The translations under genes were made by a program, and so were the position numbers. 64,000 nt of DNA, taken from the IMG/VR virus record IMGVR_UViG_3300020165_000009. One strand, written 5' to 3'. This stretch comes from a virus. The notes below the pieces were generated by a model. That model had not been told where the DNA came from and did not search any database. It worked only from the letters and a program-made list of their open reading frames with translations. Shown here piece after piece: positions 48,321-58,020 of the stretch. Each line of letters starts with the position of its first letter. Position 1 is the stretch's first letter.

Positions 48321-49245
48321 AGAACTAGATAATAGCAGAATTAGTAAGCACTTAGGACAGACATCGCAGTATAAGAGTCAATATGACCCTGAATTGCTTG
48401 TTAAGGAGCCTAGATCAAATAATAGAGGATACCTAGGTATTGTAGAGGGTGATTTACCCTTCGTCGGTTATGATACGTGGAATGCGTATGAGTGTTCCTT
48501 TCTTCTGAGTAACGGACGACCTGTAACCGGTGTTGTAAAGATTGTATATGATTGCAATAGCACATATATCGTCGAGAGTAAGAGTATTAAACTATACCTT
48601 AACTCCTTTAATATGACGCAGTTTGAAGGTAGTCAAGATGGAGCAGTAGCGCAGTTCGAATCTAAAGTTAGTGAAGATCTTAGTCAGCTACTCGAGACTG
48701 ATGTAGCTGTTAACTTCTTCGATCCGGCAGCCGTCGATCAGTACGATGTATCTGCTCATCAACAATGGTCGTTGGATAAGTATGACACGCTCGAAGATCA
48801 GGTATGTGATAAGGATATTGAATATACCGTATATAACGAGACGCCTGAGCTCCTAGAAGAGGGTAAGACGTCAGGTGATACAGACGTTGAAGTTAAGTAT
48901 CACTCAGCGTTGCTTAAGAGTAACTGCCGAGTAACGTCTCAACCTGACTGGGGTGATGTAATGATTCATATGAAGTCCAAGCATGCAGTTGATAAGGCAG
49001 CTCTATTGAAGTATATTATCTCCTTTAGAGACGAGTGTCACTTCCATGAAGAGATCTGCGAATGTATCTACCAGCGGCTGATGAAGGCATTTGAACCTAC
49101 TGAGTTAGGTGTTATGTGTCTCTATGCACGCAGAGGTGGTATTGATATTAACCCTGTTAGAGCGTCAGATAAGAACGTATTAGTTCACGTAGCTGATACC
49201 TTGATTGATCCGCAGAGAGTACATATTAAAACGTCTAAGCAGTAA
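48310..49245 (+). CDS. queF: NADPH-dependent 7-cyano-7-deazaguanine reductase (bimodular QueF)
   Basis: DTWNAYE, VESKSIKLYLNSF (QueF motif), LLKSNCRVTSQPDWG (catalytic Cys), FHEEICE, YARRGGIDINP. Confidence 0.93.
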   Translation: MANKELDNSRISKHLGQTSQYKSQYDPELLVKEPRSNNRGYLGIVEGDLPFVGYDTWNAYECSFLLSNGRPVTGVVKIVYDCNSTYIVESKSIKLYLNSFNMTQFEGSQDGAVAQFESKVSEDLSQLLETDVAVNFFDPAAVDQYDVSAHQQWSLDKYDTLEDQVCDKDIEYTVYNETPELLEEGKTSGDTDVEVKYHSALLKSNCRVTSQPDWGDVMIHMKSKHAVDKAALLKYIISFRDECHFHEEICECIYQRLMKAFEPTELGVMCLYARRGGIDINPVRASDKNVLVHVADTLIDPQRVHIKTSKQ

Positions 49246-49267
49246 GCTTAATAATACATATTAACAT

Positions 49268-49300
49268 AAAAAAAGGGTATCGGCGAAAGCCGATACCCTT
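49268..49300 (-). terminator. Intrinsic terminator downstream of major capsid gene
   Basis: AAGGGTATCGGC-TTTC-GCCGATACCCTTTTTT on minus strand. Confidence 0.9.
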
Positions 49301-49329
49301 AAGTTTGTTTATCTTATACTGTCTAAGTC

Positions 49330-50808
49330 TTAGAAGTACACGCTGTTTGAAGCAGGTGTAAATGAGACCCCAAGTCCAGTAACGAGAATAGTGTGGTAGT
49401 AGAGGTTAGCTCCAAAGATATTATCAACTACGCCGTAACGTGTAAGCAAGCCTACACGTGGTGCGAAGTCATTAGGACCAATGGTGCGCTGAACCATAAC
49501 CGGGATGTACGGACAATAGATAATACCAGTGTCATAGAACTCAGGTCCCTTGTAACCCAATAGGGCGTACTCAGGCTTCTCTGCATTAGCTGCATCGATG
49601 TTGTTACCATCTGTTCTAGTATCACGGTATACATTGAAACGTCCACCAAGATTACCGATCTTAGCTACTCCGACAGGCTGTGTGTTTACGTTACCTTGTA
49701 CAGGTGCCCACTGGAATTCAGGGAGCATCTCAAGGATGGCGCATACGCGTGGTGTTGCAACAATAAAGTTTGCAGCGCCACGACGGTTACGTACAGCAAT
49801 GCGGTTCGCTTCGATGATTAATCTTTGATAGAAATCACGATTACGTTCTACTAACCAACGACCGTCGGCGGAAGCAGGACTCCAGATGGAGTAACCAGCA
49901 CCCTCGCCCGCGTCCAGTGAAACCTGAATCATACGGACCAACATTTCACGGTCGATCTCGGCCTGAATTTCGTACGACATAGCGTTCGTTAATTCAGTAT
50001 CGATATCGATACCATTCATGTTTTTAAGGTCCTGTTCAAGTTCAACTGACCAGCGCGCGCCTAGGCGTCTAGTTCCAGCTTCTACTGCTGTCTTCTCGAA
50101 GGATACTTCAAAGGATGGAATGTTTCCAGTTACTTCGAAGTTCTTGAGAATAGCAGCTACACCCTTGTCTCTCTCACTGATTAGGTTATTTACGTTATAC
50201 GCAGTGTCGCCTGTACCAGAGAGATAAGCAGCGGATGTACCAGTGTATGCAGTTTGCAGGTAGTTGTAACCAGCCTCTTGACCTTCCGCATCCGCAAGGA
50301 TGGGACCCTGATCAACAGGGGTATTACCAGCGCCTGTTTTGCCGTCGATACCAGTACCAAGGGTTTCCCCAGAATAGCGATAGCGAAGAGCAAATGCAAG
50401 TCCAACAGGACCTGCCATAGGCTGCACACCAACAATCTCGTTAGTGATTAACTCGGGGAAAGTTCGTCTAATCATTGGAATCAAGATCTTCGGGAGACGG
50501 AAGTCACCTTGGGCGTACTCGTCGGTACCAGGGGTACCAAACGCAGAACGACCAGTGGTCTGTCCGGTTCCGACGGAACCACCGGCGCCAGCAACGTTAC
50601 CGTTGGTTGGTGCGTAGTTAGGTCCATTCTCTTGAATACACCATGCTTCTTGGTTTTCCAATAGCATTGCTGTGTTCAGTCGAGTGTGACTGTCTTCGAT
50701 GGGTGCAACTGACTTAGAAGAATAGTCCAATACTGGAGCCCATTTTTCTAAGAGGGAAGCTGCTCTAGATTCGTCAATATAAGCCTGTGATGGGCGGATT
50801 GAATTCAT
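49330..50808 (-). CDS. Major capsid protein (gp23)
   Basis: LLEKWAPVL, LLENQE, GVQPMAGPVGLAFALR, ELEQDL, EIQAEIDRE, YCPYIP, TRYG. Confidence 0.97.
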   Translation of the reverse strand: MNSIRPSQAYIDESRAASLLEKWAPVLDYSSKSVAPIEDSHTRLNTAMLLENQEAWCIQENGPNYAPTNGNVAGAGGSVGTGQTTGRSAFGTPGTDEYAQGDFRLPKILIPMIRRTFPELITNEIVGVQPMAGPVGLAFALRYRYSGETLGTGIDGKTGAGNTPVDQGPILADAEGQEAGYNYLQTAYTGTSAAYLSGTGDTAYNVNNLISERDKGVAAILKNFEVTGNIPSFEVSFEKTAVEAGTRRLGARWSVELEQDLKNMNGIDIDTELTNAMSYEIQAEIDREMLVRMIQVSLDAGEGAGYSIWSPASADGRWLVERNRDFYQRLIIEANRIAVRNRRGAANFIVATPRVCAILEMLPEFQWAPVQGNVNTQPVGVAKIGNLGGRFNVYRDTRTDGNNIDAANAEKPEYALLGYKGPEFYDTGIIYCPYIPVMVQRTIGPNDFAPRVGLLTRYGVVDNIFGANLYYHTILVTGLGVSFTPASNSVYF

Positions 50809-50939
50809 AATAGTTTTAATTTCCTTTCGTTAAATTATATACATAATGTATATAAAGTTTTTTGTTTCGACCCCAAGGCATGCATTTATAAAACATACAT
50901 GCCAGGTAACTCATGAGATAACATCTACAGGAGAAAGAA

Positions 50940-51797
50940 TTAGTACTTACTAAGCTCAGACATGTACGGGCTAGCAGCAGCAGCTGATTCAACAACTACC
51001 TGCTCCTGCAGTACATCTGACTTGGAAGTATCCTTCAAAGCTTCTGTTTTCAGGCTCTCAAGCCTGCTCTCTTCCTTTTTACCGAATAGCTTCAGTGTGT
51101 AGTCAAAGTTCTCAGCGATATAGTCATGAGACTTACCATTGAGCATCTTCTTAACAAACTTACTTGTTCTTTCGTCGAGCCTAGATGTTTTCTGTTCAAT
51201 AAGAAGATTAGACTTAATATCATTAAGTTCTTCTATTACAGCATCTTTCTCTTGAAGTGCAGACTCAAGCCTTGAATTGGCTTCATTAATTTGACTCTTA
51301 CCATCTGAAACAGCATCTTTAATGCTTTGCTTCTCTAGAGCGCTATCTACTGCTAAGTGCTTACGTAAGCCCTCTAGTACAGTAATTGCTTTCTTGTTTT
51401 TAACTGCTTCTTTAATTTCAGCAGTTGGTACAGATTCTTCTAAGAATGCATCGAGGTATTCGGAAATGGACTCAACCAATTGAGCCTTGAATACTTCAGC
51501 ATCCTCATTTAAGGTATTTTCATACTTGGTAACAACAGCCTTAAGCTTTGATACTCTATCATTATCGATAGCTTTAACAACCTTTTCTAATTTAGCAGAA
51601 TGATCTGCGTCAATAGCTTCTAAGAGTTGCTCAAGTTTAGTTGAGTAAAGCTCGTCCTGCTCAAGCAGGGCTTTATCAACGTGTAGCTTAGCTTTTTCTT
51701 CTAAGCGGGAATTGAATGCATTTTCAATATCAGTTAAGACGACTTCGTCGACTTGACCGTTTGTTGCTTCTCTTAAGATGTCGGAAATTTTTTGCAT
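50940..51797 (-). CDS. Prohead core scaffold protein (gp22)
   Basis: Acidic coiled coil between gp21 and gp23; LVESISEYLD, C-terminal SPYMSEL. Confidence 0.85.
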   Translation of the reverse strand: MQKISDILREATNGQVDEVVLTDIENAFNSRLEEKAKLHVDKALLEQDELYSTKLEQLLEAIDADHSAKLEKVVKAIDNDRVSKLKAVVTKYENTLNEDAEVFKAQLVESISEYLDAFLEESVPTAEIKEAVKNKKAITVLEGLRKHLAVDSALEKQSIKDAVSDGKSQINEANSRLESALQEKDAVIEELNDIKSNLLIEQKTSRLDERTSKFVKKMLNGKSHDYIAENFDYTLKLFGKKEESRLESLKTEALKDTSKSDVLQEQVVVESAAAASPYMSELSKY

Positions 51798-51800
51798 AGG

Positions 51801-51950
51801 TTAAAAGATTGTTGTATTATTATTTATCATTTTAGTCTTAATTTTCCCGCTTATTGCCTTATTTAAATGAGAATCAGCGTTCTTATAGTCCTTATTGATG
51901 ACCTTATCGATAAATTTGACGATTTCCTTCTTAATATTCTGTTGACTCAT
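51801..51950 (-). CDS. Small prohead core protein (gp67-like); not in the ORF track
   Basis: Hand-translated 49 aa MSQQNIKKEIVKFIDKVINKDYKNADSHLNKAISGKIKTKMINNNTTIF; fills the gp21-gp22 gap. Confidence 0.65.
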   Translation of the reverse strand: MSQQNIKKEIVKFIDKVINKDYKNADSHLNKAISGKIKTKMINNNTTIF

Positions 51951-51956
51951 AATATT

Positions 51957-52625
51957 TTATAGACCTTTGATAAATTTTAGCATATTCTCTCTCAAAAACG
52001 CATCTGTGTTCTTGAGGGGCATAGTTGAGATAGTCTTTTCGAAATCATCGTATGCTTCCTCAAACTGTCCGTACTGATTGAGTACATATTGCTTGCTTTC
52101 TAGAATACCATTAACAAAAGCTTTTGGGAAGGAAGGATCAGCAACACAGTCGATTGCTACTAATTTAAAATCTTTTACACGGTTAACACCGTCGCGATTA
52201 CTTTCAGGGATTAGTTGACCTAATGCTCTAGAGCTCATACCAACCCTTACACCATCATTAATAAGGCTTCTTACAATTAAGCCTGTTGGTGTTGATAGTA
52301 CTTTACTCTTACCATAGAATACATTACCATCCTGAGACATCTCAGTTACAATATGACAGGCTCTTTCTAAATCTACATCAGCAGTTGAAGGGTGATTAAG
52401 CTCTCCCATTGCCCTGCCAGGCTTGACCATTTCTTCTTCGTAGCGTGAAACTTCGTCTCTCATCTCATTAAGAGAGTATATACGCTTGTTACGATTTACG
52501 TCTTCGGCCATCATATACGGGCCTTTAATAAAGAGACTCTGCTTGCCTTTAGTAGAGCCTTCTTCAACGACATATTCGAAGGACTCGCGAGGAGCTGGTG
52601 TTTCGACTATTAGATTCAATCCCAT
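51957..52625 (-). CDS. Prohead protease (gp21)
   Basis: NRNKRIY, AMGELNHP, GMSSRALG, DCVADPS. Confidence 0.95.
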   Translation of the reverse strand: MGLNLIVETPAPRESFEYVVEEGSTKGKQSLFIKGPYMMAEDVNRNKRIYSLNEMRDEVSRYEEEMVKPGRAMGELNHPSTADVDLERACHIVTEMSQDGNVFYGKSKVLSTPTGLIVRSLINDGVRVGMSSRALGQLIPESNRDGVNRVKDFKLVAIDCVADPSFPKAFVNGILESKQYVLNQYGQFEEAYDDFEKTISTMPLKNTDAFLRENMLKFIKGL

Positions 52626-52687
52626 ATACCAATTATTTATAGTACGCGTACTCTTTTTCTACATTAAAAGTAAGAATTCTAGTAAAC

Positions 52688-53137
52688 TTAACGTATACCT
52701 AATTCTTTCTCAGTTAAAATAAGAAATTCATACCCCTTTTGATCAGCCCACCTTTTAGCCGCCTCCCATTTCGCCTGATTTACCACCCAAGTTCGTTGCT
52801 CGTATATCAGCGTAGTTTTCTTTTTTGCCTTTGTTGTTGTTGGTCTAGCTACAGAGCCACTAGGTTTTATTTCAATAAGATACTTCTTAGGTTTATTATC
52901 TCTATTAAGAAACACTATATAGTTATCAACAAAATACCTATGCACTCTTTTATCTAATGGGCTCACATACGGTACAATGATACTCTCACTGCCCCATTTA
53001 AGTACCCTGCTATTAGAATCAGCCCACTTAAAAAATTTTAACTCCCAACTAGATCTATAAACAGGGTCCTTACCGCCGTCATACTTCTTTCTATTAATAG
53101 GCTTATATACACCCTGCCTATATTTTTTCTTCTTCAT
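52688..53137 (-). CDS. Head completion nuclease (gp4, TnsA-like)
   Basis: YRSSWELKF, WGSE, HRYFVD, IEIKP, NQAKWEAA, ILTEKEL. Confidence 0.92.
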   Translation of the reverse strand: MKKKKYRQGVYKPINRKKYDGGKDPVYRSSWELKFFKWADSNSRVLKWGSESIIVPYVSPLDKRVHRYFVDNYIVFLNRDNKPKKYLIEIKPSGSVARPTTTKAKKKTTLIYEQRTWVVNQAKWEAAKRWADQKGYEFLILTEKELGIR

Positions 53138-53140
53138 TCC

Positions 53141-53314
53141 TTAAAAAAACGGACCTGGTTCACCTGCTGTAGTAGACTTAGCAACACCTCTATCACTATC
53201 TCCAATAATTCTAAAGACGTTAAAAGGATCACTATCACCTATACCAGATAGATAGGCTGCACTAGTACCTGTATATGAGGTGTCCAGGTAGTTATAACCA
53301 GCTTCGTTACTCAT
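53141..53314 (-). CDS. 57-aa protein homologous to an internal segment of the major capsid protein; not in the ORF track
   Basis: MSNEAGYNYLDTSYTGTSAAYLSGIGDSDPFNVFRIIGDSDRGVAKSTTAGEPGPFF; TAATG coupling to the gp13 stop; ends 3 nt before the gp4 ATG. Confidence 0.8.
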   Translation of the reverse strand: MSNEAGYNYLDTSYTGTSAAYLSGIGDSDPFNVFRIIGDSDRGVAKSTTAGEPGPFF

Positions 53315-54498
53315 TAACCTACAAAGAACATAGGCGGATCACTGTCACCTAAACCAGGTGCACCTTCATATAACATAGTCTCTAAACTAGCTTTCTCTGC
53401 TAATCCCTGTGTCATAAGATCAGAAGAGTTTAAACTACCACCTCCAAATAAGGTTACTGTCCCATACTTACCTCGAATATTTGCAACCGTAATTTTAGTT
53501 AGCGCCAATGAGTATTGGTATACCCAGTGCTCTTTAATTATATCTCTTACCGGTCTCTCGACAGAGCACATGACAACACCGTAGAATCTACTAGCCGAAC
53601 CACCACCGGATCTCGGCTGAGGGTACATCCTCAACATCTGAGTACGGTCATCGAATGTATAACTACGTTTTGTAGCTAGTAGCTTCTCTCGCATCTCCAT
53701 CCAATCCTTAAGAACATACCAGCTAATCAAATCAAACCCGTAGCTGCCCATAGCGTAACTGAAGTATGTTTGCTGAGCCATTGTCTGCTCAATAGTAAAC
53801 AGCTGATTGACACCTGATGATGTACCTTCCTCAAAGTCCTGGACAGCTATAACTTTTCTGTAATCCATTACATCGTAATCGTAGCTATTAAAATACGATG
53901 TATCGACATTAGGAGAATCAGCTCCTGATGCAGAGCCTAATATACTAAAGGACTTAACCGGTTGTACTATAAATGAGCTACTGAGCGCTGGTAAATCCTC
54001 AAGAATCTTATCATATATTGTACCATCGACAATATCATTTGCGGATAAGTTGTTACCGCTCGTAAAGACGGTTGAAAGTGCACTGCTAGTAGTAAATTCT
54101 GATGATGGTATAGCTGATGCAGCTATATATGTAGCGTTAGTCGATTTATTTTCAATTCTATTAGTAAAGTCCGGTGATTTTACACCATCCAAATACTCCT
54201 GACCAAACGTATCCATCGTATTAATTGTAAAGAGGTGATCTAATTTGATGCCTTGGTTGAGTACATACAAGTCACTATCAAATAGAAGATACTCTTGAGT
54301 GTAGCCGGCGAACTTAGTAAACATCTCAACAGCAATCTGAATATTAGTATAGAGACTATCACGATGAATCTCTATATTAATAAAGGGATAACCTAATGTA
54401 TTAAGAATCCTATCACTCAGTTCATTAAAAGTATTGATCTTACTACTAAGATTTGTACTCTGAAATGCTGAGACTGGTTTTATATCGCACTTTGCCAT
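53314..54498 (-). CDS. Neck protein (gp13)
   Basis: LGYPFINIEI, WVYQYSLALTK, RGKYGTVTLFGGGSLN, PPMFFVG. Confidence 0.9.
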   Translation of the reverse strand: MAKCDIKPVSAFQSTNLSSKINTFNELSDRILNTLGYPFINIEIHRDSLYTNIQIAVEMFTKFAGYTQEYLLFDSDLYVLNQGIKLDHLFTINTMDTFGQEYLDGVKSPDFTNRIENKSTNATYIAASAIPSSEFTTSSALSTVFTSGNNLSANDIVDGTIYDKILEDLPALSSSFIVQPVKSFSILGSASGADSPNVDTSYFNSYDYDVMDYRKVIAVQDFEEGTSSGVNQLFTIEQTMAQQTYFSYAMGSYGFDLISWYVLKDWMEMREKLLATKRSYTFDDRTQMLRMYPQPRSGGGSASRFYGVVMCSVERPVRDIIKEHWVYQYSLALTKITVANIRGKYGTVTLFGGGSLNSSDLMTQGLAEKASLETMLYEGAPGLGDSDPPMFFVG

Positions 54499-54596
54499 TA
54501 ATAATATTTAGTTACATACACAAGCATTTAACACGTGTTACATAGATAAATATATCTCCTGCGGTATTAGTGTCTCTCTAGAGCACTTAACCTTAT

Positions 54597-56375
54597 CTAA
54601 ACAGCAGGCTCTACTGGACCAGCATCACCGCCTGCGTCGCCGCCTTCAGCTGCACCTTCGACTTCTCCACCAGTATCAGCTTCACCACCAGTATCAGCTG
54701 GTGCTCCACCAAAATCAGGTGCTATACCAGCTGGTGTACCACTCTGCATCCCAGGCACTTCATCACCCATACCGGCGCCGATCTGTAATTCGTCCTTCCA
54801 GTTCGGACCACCACCAGCTATCTGCTGCAGCTCCCATTGAAACTCAGCGTCCTTGCGCAATAGTTCTCTATTAGCTTTAATATCATTCTCATTCCATCCG
54901 AGATACTTCTTCTGACCGTAGGTGGCAGAGATAAACTCATTAGCTACTAAGTTATTATAGTTAGTAGCTTTCAGCTCGAGCTTCTGATTCTCTCTTAATT
55001 CAAAGAAGTTTGTAGGTACATTAAATTCGAGATGTATATTCTGCTCCTTAATGCCATATTTTTGCTTAGCACCTTTAAGCTCTAGATGTGTCAAGAAGCC
55101 ATTCTTAAGTCCGGAAGCAAATTGCTGCTGCAATCTAATAATAAACTTTGCGAACTTAAGTTCGTCGCGTAGTATCTCCTGACCATCTGAAACTCCAGAC
55201 TCTGGATTAAGCCTGTTCGTCGGTACCTTTAAAGATTTATAGAGCTTATTAACAAAGTACATTAGATCTGCTAGCTCACCTAAGTTAGCACCACCTTGTA
55301 GCTGTGTAACAGATGTACCGTCAGAACCGGCTCTCTTAGCGAACCAGAAGGAATCGAGCATTGATTGCGGGTTAAACTTCTGAACTGCACCTTCCTGGTT
55401 AACATCGAACGTTTTCTTTGACCAGTATTGTTGAATAAGCTTTCTAAGATACGCTTCTGCTTTAGGAGGTGCCATATTACCCACATCAACGTTGAATACA
55501 AGTCTCTCAGGTGCTCTTACTAAGCGGTAAATTACAATACTATCTTCAACAAGTGACAACTGCCTATAAGCTCTTCTAGAGTTCTCGATAAATGGTAGTC
55601 GAAACGATTTGTCTTGGTTCCATATACCAGAATGTACATATGTTACCTGATTAGTATCCATCGGCACAAACTCCATCTTATCAACCTTATCAGGCTTGTT
55701 AGGGTCAAAGACTGGCTTTCGTAAAATATAGCCTTTAATGAGCATATTCTGAATATTGTCATATACAGAGTCGATAAGATCTGACGGCAGCTGTACGATA
55801 CCTAATATACCTTCCTTCGTATACTCCTTATGAATAATATGCTCGAAGAATACTTCACCTTCACATAGCATCTGTCTAAAGTACTCAAATCCTTTTCTCT
55901 CTAGAGCAAAATAGTCGATATACTTTTCAAACTCCTTCTCAATAATAAGCTGATCTTCTTCTTTTAACTCTGTATTGCGTAGTTTTAGTTTAACAATGTC
56001 ACCATTAGCGTCAATGTTAATAACTTGGTCACATATCTCATCGAGTGCATCAGAGATTTCAGCGAATGACGCCATAATTCGATAGTCACGTAATCTACCT
56101 GACTTATTCTCTTCAATGTTAGCATATACTAGCTCGGCATATTGACCTTCTTTACTGACCTGACCCGCTGCAACACTATTATAGTCATTATTATAGAATA
56201 CAGACTGATCAGCTAGTGCTTCAGTTCTTCTTACACCAGTATTTTGAAACTCTGTATACTTCGGGTTTAGGTTACCAATAAGATCTTCCGCATTAGGCGT
56301 CTGATAAGGTAATCTACTAGCTACACTCTTCATGAAGTTAGAGTTAAAAAATGATTTCTTTTCGTTATCCGCCAT
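54597..56375 (-). CDS. Portal protein (gp20)
   Basis: YRIMA-EISDALDEI, EDSIVIYRLVRAPERLVFNVDVGN, KLYKSLKVP, RDELKF; Gly/acidic tail. Confidence 0.95.
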   Translation of the reverse strand: MADNEKKSFFNSNFMKSVASRLPYQTPNAEDLIGNLNPKYTEFQNTGVRRTEALADQSVFYNNDYNSVAAGQVSKEGQYAELVYANIEENKSGRLRDYRIMASFAEISDALDEICDQVINIDANGDIVKLKLRNTELKEEDQLIIEKEFEKYIDYFALERKGFEYFRQMLCEGEVFFEHIIHKEYTKEGILGIVQLPSDLIDSVYDNIQNMLIKGYILRKPVFDPNKPDKVDKMEFVPMDTNQVTYVHSGIWNQDKSFRLPFIENSRRAYRQLSLVEDSIVIYRLVRAPERLVFNVDVGNMAPPKAEAYLRKLIQQYWSKKTFDVNQEGAVQKFNPQSMLDSFWFAKRAGSDGTSVTQLQGGANLGELADLMYFVNKLYKSLKVPTNRLNPESGVSDGQEILRDELKFAKFIIRLQQQFASGLKNGFLTHLELKGAKQKYGIKEQNIHLEFNVPTNFFELRENQKLELKATNYNNLVANEFISATYGQKKYLGWNENDIKANRELLRKDAEFQWELQQIAGGGPNWKDELQIGAGMGDEVPGMQSGTPAGIAPDFGGAPADTGGEADTGGEVEGAAEGGDAGGDAGPVEPAV

Positions 56376-56416
56376 AGTCTTAATTATTTAATATTGTTTT
56401 TGCGATTATAAAGGTC

Positions 56417-57568
56417 CTACTGGGGGAATTCTATATATATCGGCTTATTGCCCCTACCCTCCTCGCCTGCAGGCGCTGTAGCGGAGAGATATGAATTGAT
56501 CGATGTATCCCAACCGGCACTATTATATGGCACAAATGCAAAGGTGCCTGACAAAGCTGATACGGGTAATGTCAGTGATAGAGAGTTTTCACTGTTAACT
56601 GTGTAATTAATTGGTTGACCGGATATAGCCCCCTGTCTGGTGAACTCATCAAATACGTCAACACTTGCTAGTGAGTCTGTATCTGATGCTGATAATATTA
56701 ATCCGTCGAGTAAGTTAAATCTCATACCCTCCAAACTAATCTCAAGATCATCCGGAGGCAGGGTATCATATACAACAGGTTCTTGTAATCTGACACCGTT
56801 AACGAATAGGCCGGTAACATACGGTGAAGCAGATGTCTCAAACGACTCAGTTGTATGACCTGACAGGTATGTACCAGTCATTGACTCGTACTCTGTAATG
56901 TGGCTCTCTGCTACAAAGTTCTGATCAATATAAAATATATTACCAGCTGGTTGGTCTTGATCCTTGAATAACCATCCTTTAATAGTAAATGTTGTATCTG
57001 CCGTCACACGTGCCTTTTGAGCACTTGTTAGTTCGATAGGGTAACTCATTGATACGTTACCGTTCCATAGTACTTCAGATCTAATCTCTTGATCTATATC
57101 CGTATTAAACTCTTTGGGTAGATACCATGATATAATAACATATGGGTTACAGAATGGTACGAAGTTGGATAGTATCTGATCGACGTCAGTCTGATACCGT
57201 GCAAGAATAGATACGTTGAGCTCTAGATTAATAGGTATAGGCGTCTTAATGTGGCGTGAATAAAGATCACCTGCCTTATCGCCCGCCTGATTAGCGCTAT
57301 AATAGAAGCCATCCAGCTTGTTAAACACTCGTGATACATCTCTTGATATACTAGATACTGAAACAGCAACCGCAGGTATAGTGATTGTTTTATTTAAGTT
57401 AACAATATCATGCATTACACGCTGCTTAGGTGCATACAGGTATCTAACGTTAATGCGATCCTCTTCTTCACGATCTTTATTAAATCTGCCTATAACGATA
57501 TCGTCAAACGCAGCTACAAACTGCGCGACCATGTCTTTAATCTCAAAATAGTACGGACGGGCTTTCAC
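56417..57568 (-). CDS. Tail sheath stabiliser/terminator (gp15) with C-terminal extension
   Basis: FDDIVIGR, YAPKQR, PIPINLE, QILSNFVPFCNP, FTIKGWLF. Confidence 0.8.
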   Translation of the reverse strand: MKARPYYFEIKDMVAQFVAAFDDIVIGRFNKDREEEDRINVRYLYAPKQRVMHDIVNLNKTITIPAVAVSVSSISRDVSRVFNKLDGFYYSANQAGDKAGDLYSRHIKTPIPINLELNVSILARYQTDVDQILSNFVPFCNPYVIISWYLPKEFNTDIDQEIRSEVLWNGNVSMSYPIELTSAQKARVTADTTFTIKGWLFKDQDQPAGNIFYIDQNFVAESHITEYESMTGTYLSGHTTESFETSASPYVTGLFVNGVRLQEPVVYDTLPPDDLEISLEGMRFNLLDGLILSASDTDSLASVDVFDEFTRQGAISGQPINYTVNSENSLSLTLPVSALSGTFAFVPYNSAGWDTSINSYLSATAPAGEEGRGNKPIYIEFPQ

Positions 57569-57576
57569 TTAATTAT

Positions 57577-58020
57577 TTAATCCCAAGGGAAGACATACCA
57601 CGAATCATTATCAGCAACGAGACCAGTAATGTCCTCATTGAATGAAGTACTTGATCGCTTGATGAGAGATGCGTATGTTATTGTTTTAATTTCATCATGA
57701 TCGAAATGATGTTTAATGTAATCCTTTACGGATGAAAATGTAAGGCCTGAGTCATTAATATCATCAACGATAAGGACATTACCTGCTAGCTGAGGTGCGC
57801 CATAGTATTGAATATTATCTACATCACGGGTACGTACTCCGAGCTGCTGTAGATTGTGACACTTAGTCTTGTAGGCTAAAATTGTAGCAGGTATCATACC
57901 ACCACGAGCTAAACCGAGAATAGTATCAAACCTCTCCATAGGTAGCTCCTTTAAAATACCTTCTATAGATTGGTCAATGTCTTTCCAATCGATGTGGGCC
58001 TTACCTTGATAGTCGTGCAT
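57577..58020 (-). CDS. Purine phosphoribosyltransferase (Gpt/Xpt-like)
   Basis: GLARGGMIPA, VLIVDDINDSGLT (PRPP loop), WYVFPWD. Confidence 0.88.
   Translation of the reverse strand: MHDYQGKAHIDWKDIDQSIEGILKELPMERFDTILGLARGGMIPATILAYKTKCHNLQQLGVRTRDVDNIQYYGAPQLAGNVLIVDDINDSGLTFSSVKDYIKHHFDHDEIKTITYASLIKRSSTSFNEDITGLVADNDSWYVFPWD

Noticed and set aside
49452-50451. Several short ORFs overlapping gp23 on both strands
   Set aside because: Shadow ORFs expected from biased codon usage in a highly expressed gene.
53141-53314. Capsid-like duplicate as the template repeat of a diversity-generating retroelement
   Set aside because: Differences from gp23 are mostly synonymous and not adenine-specific; no reverse transcriptase in the window.
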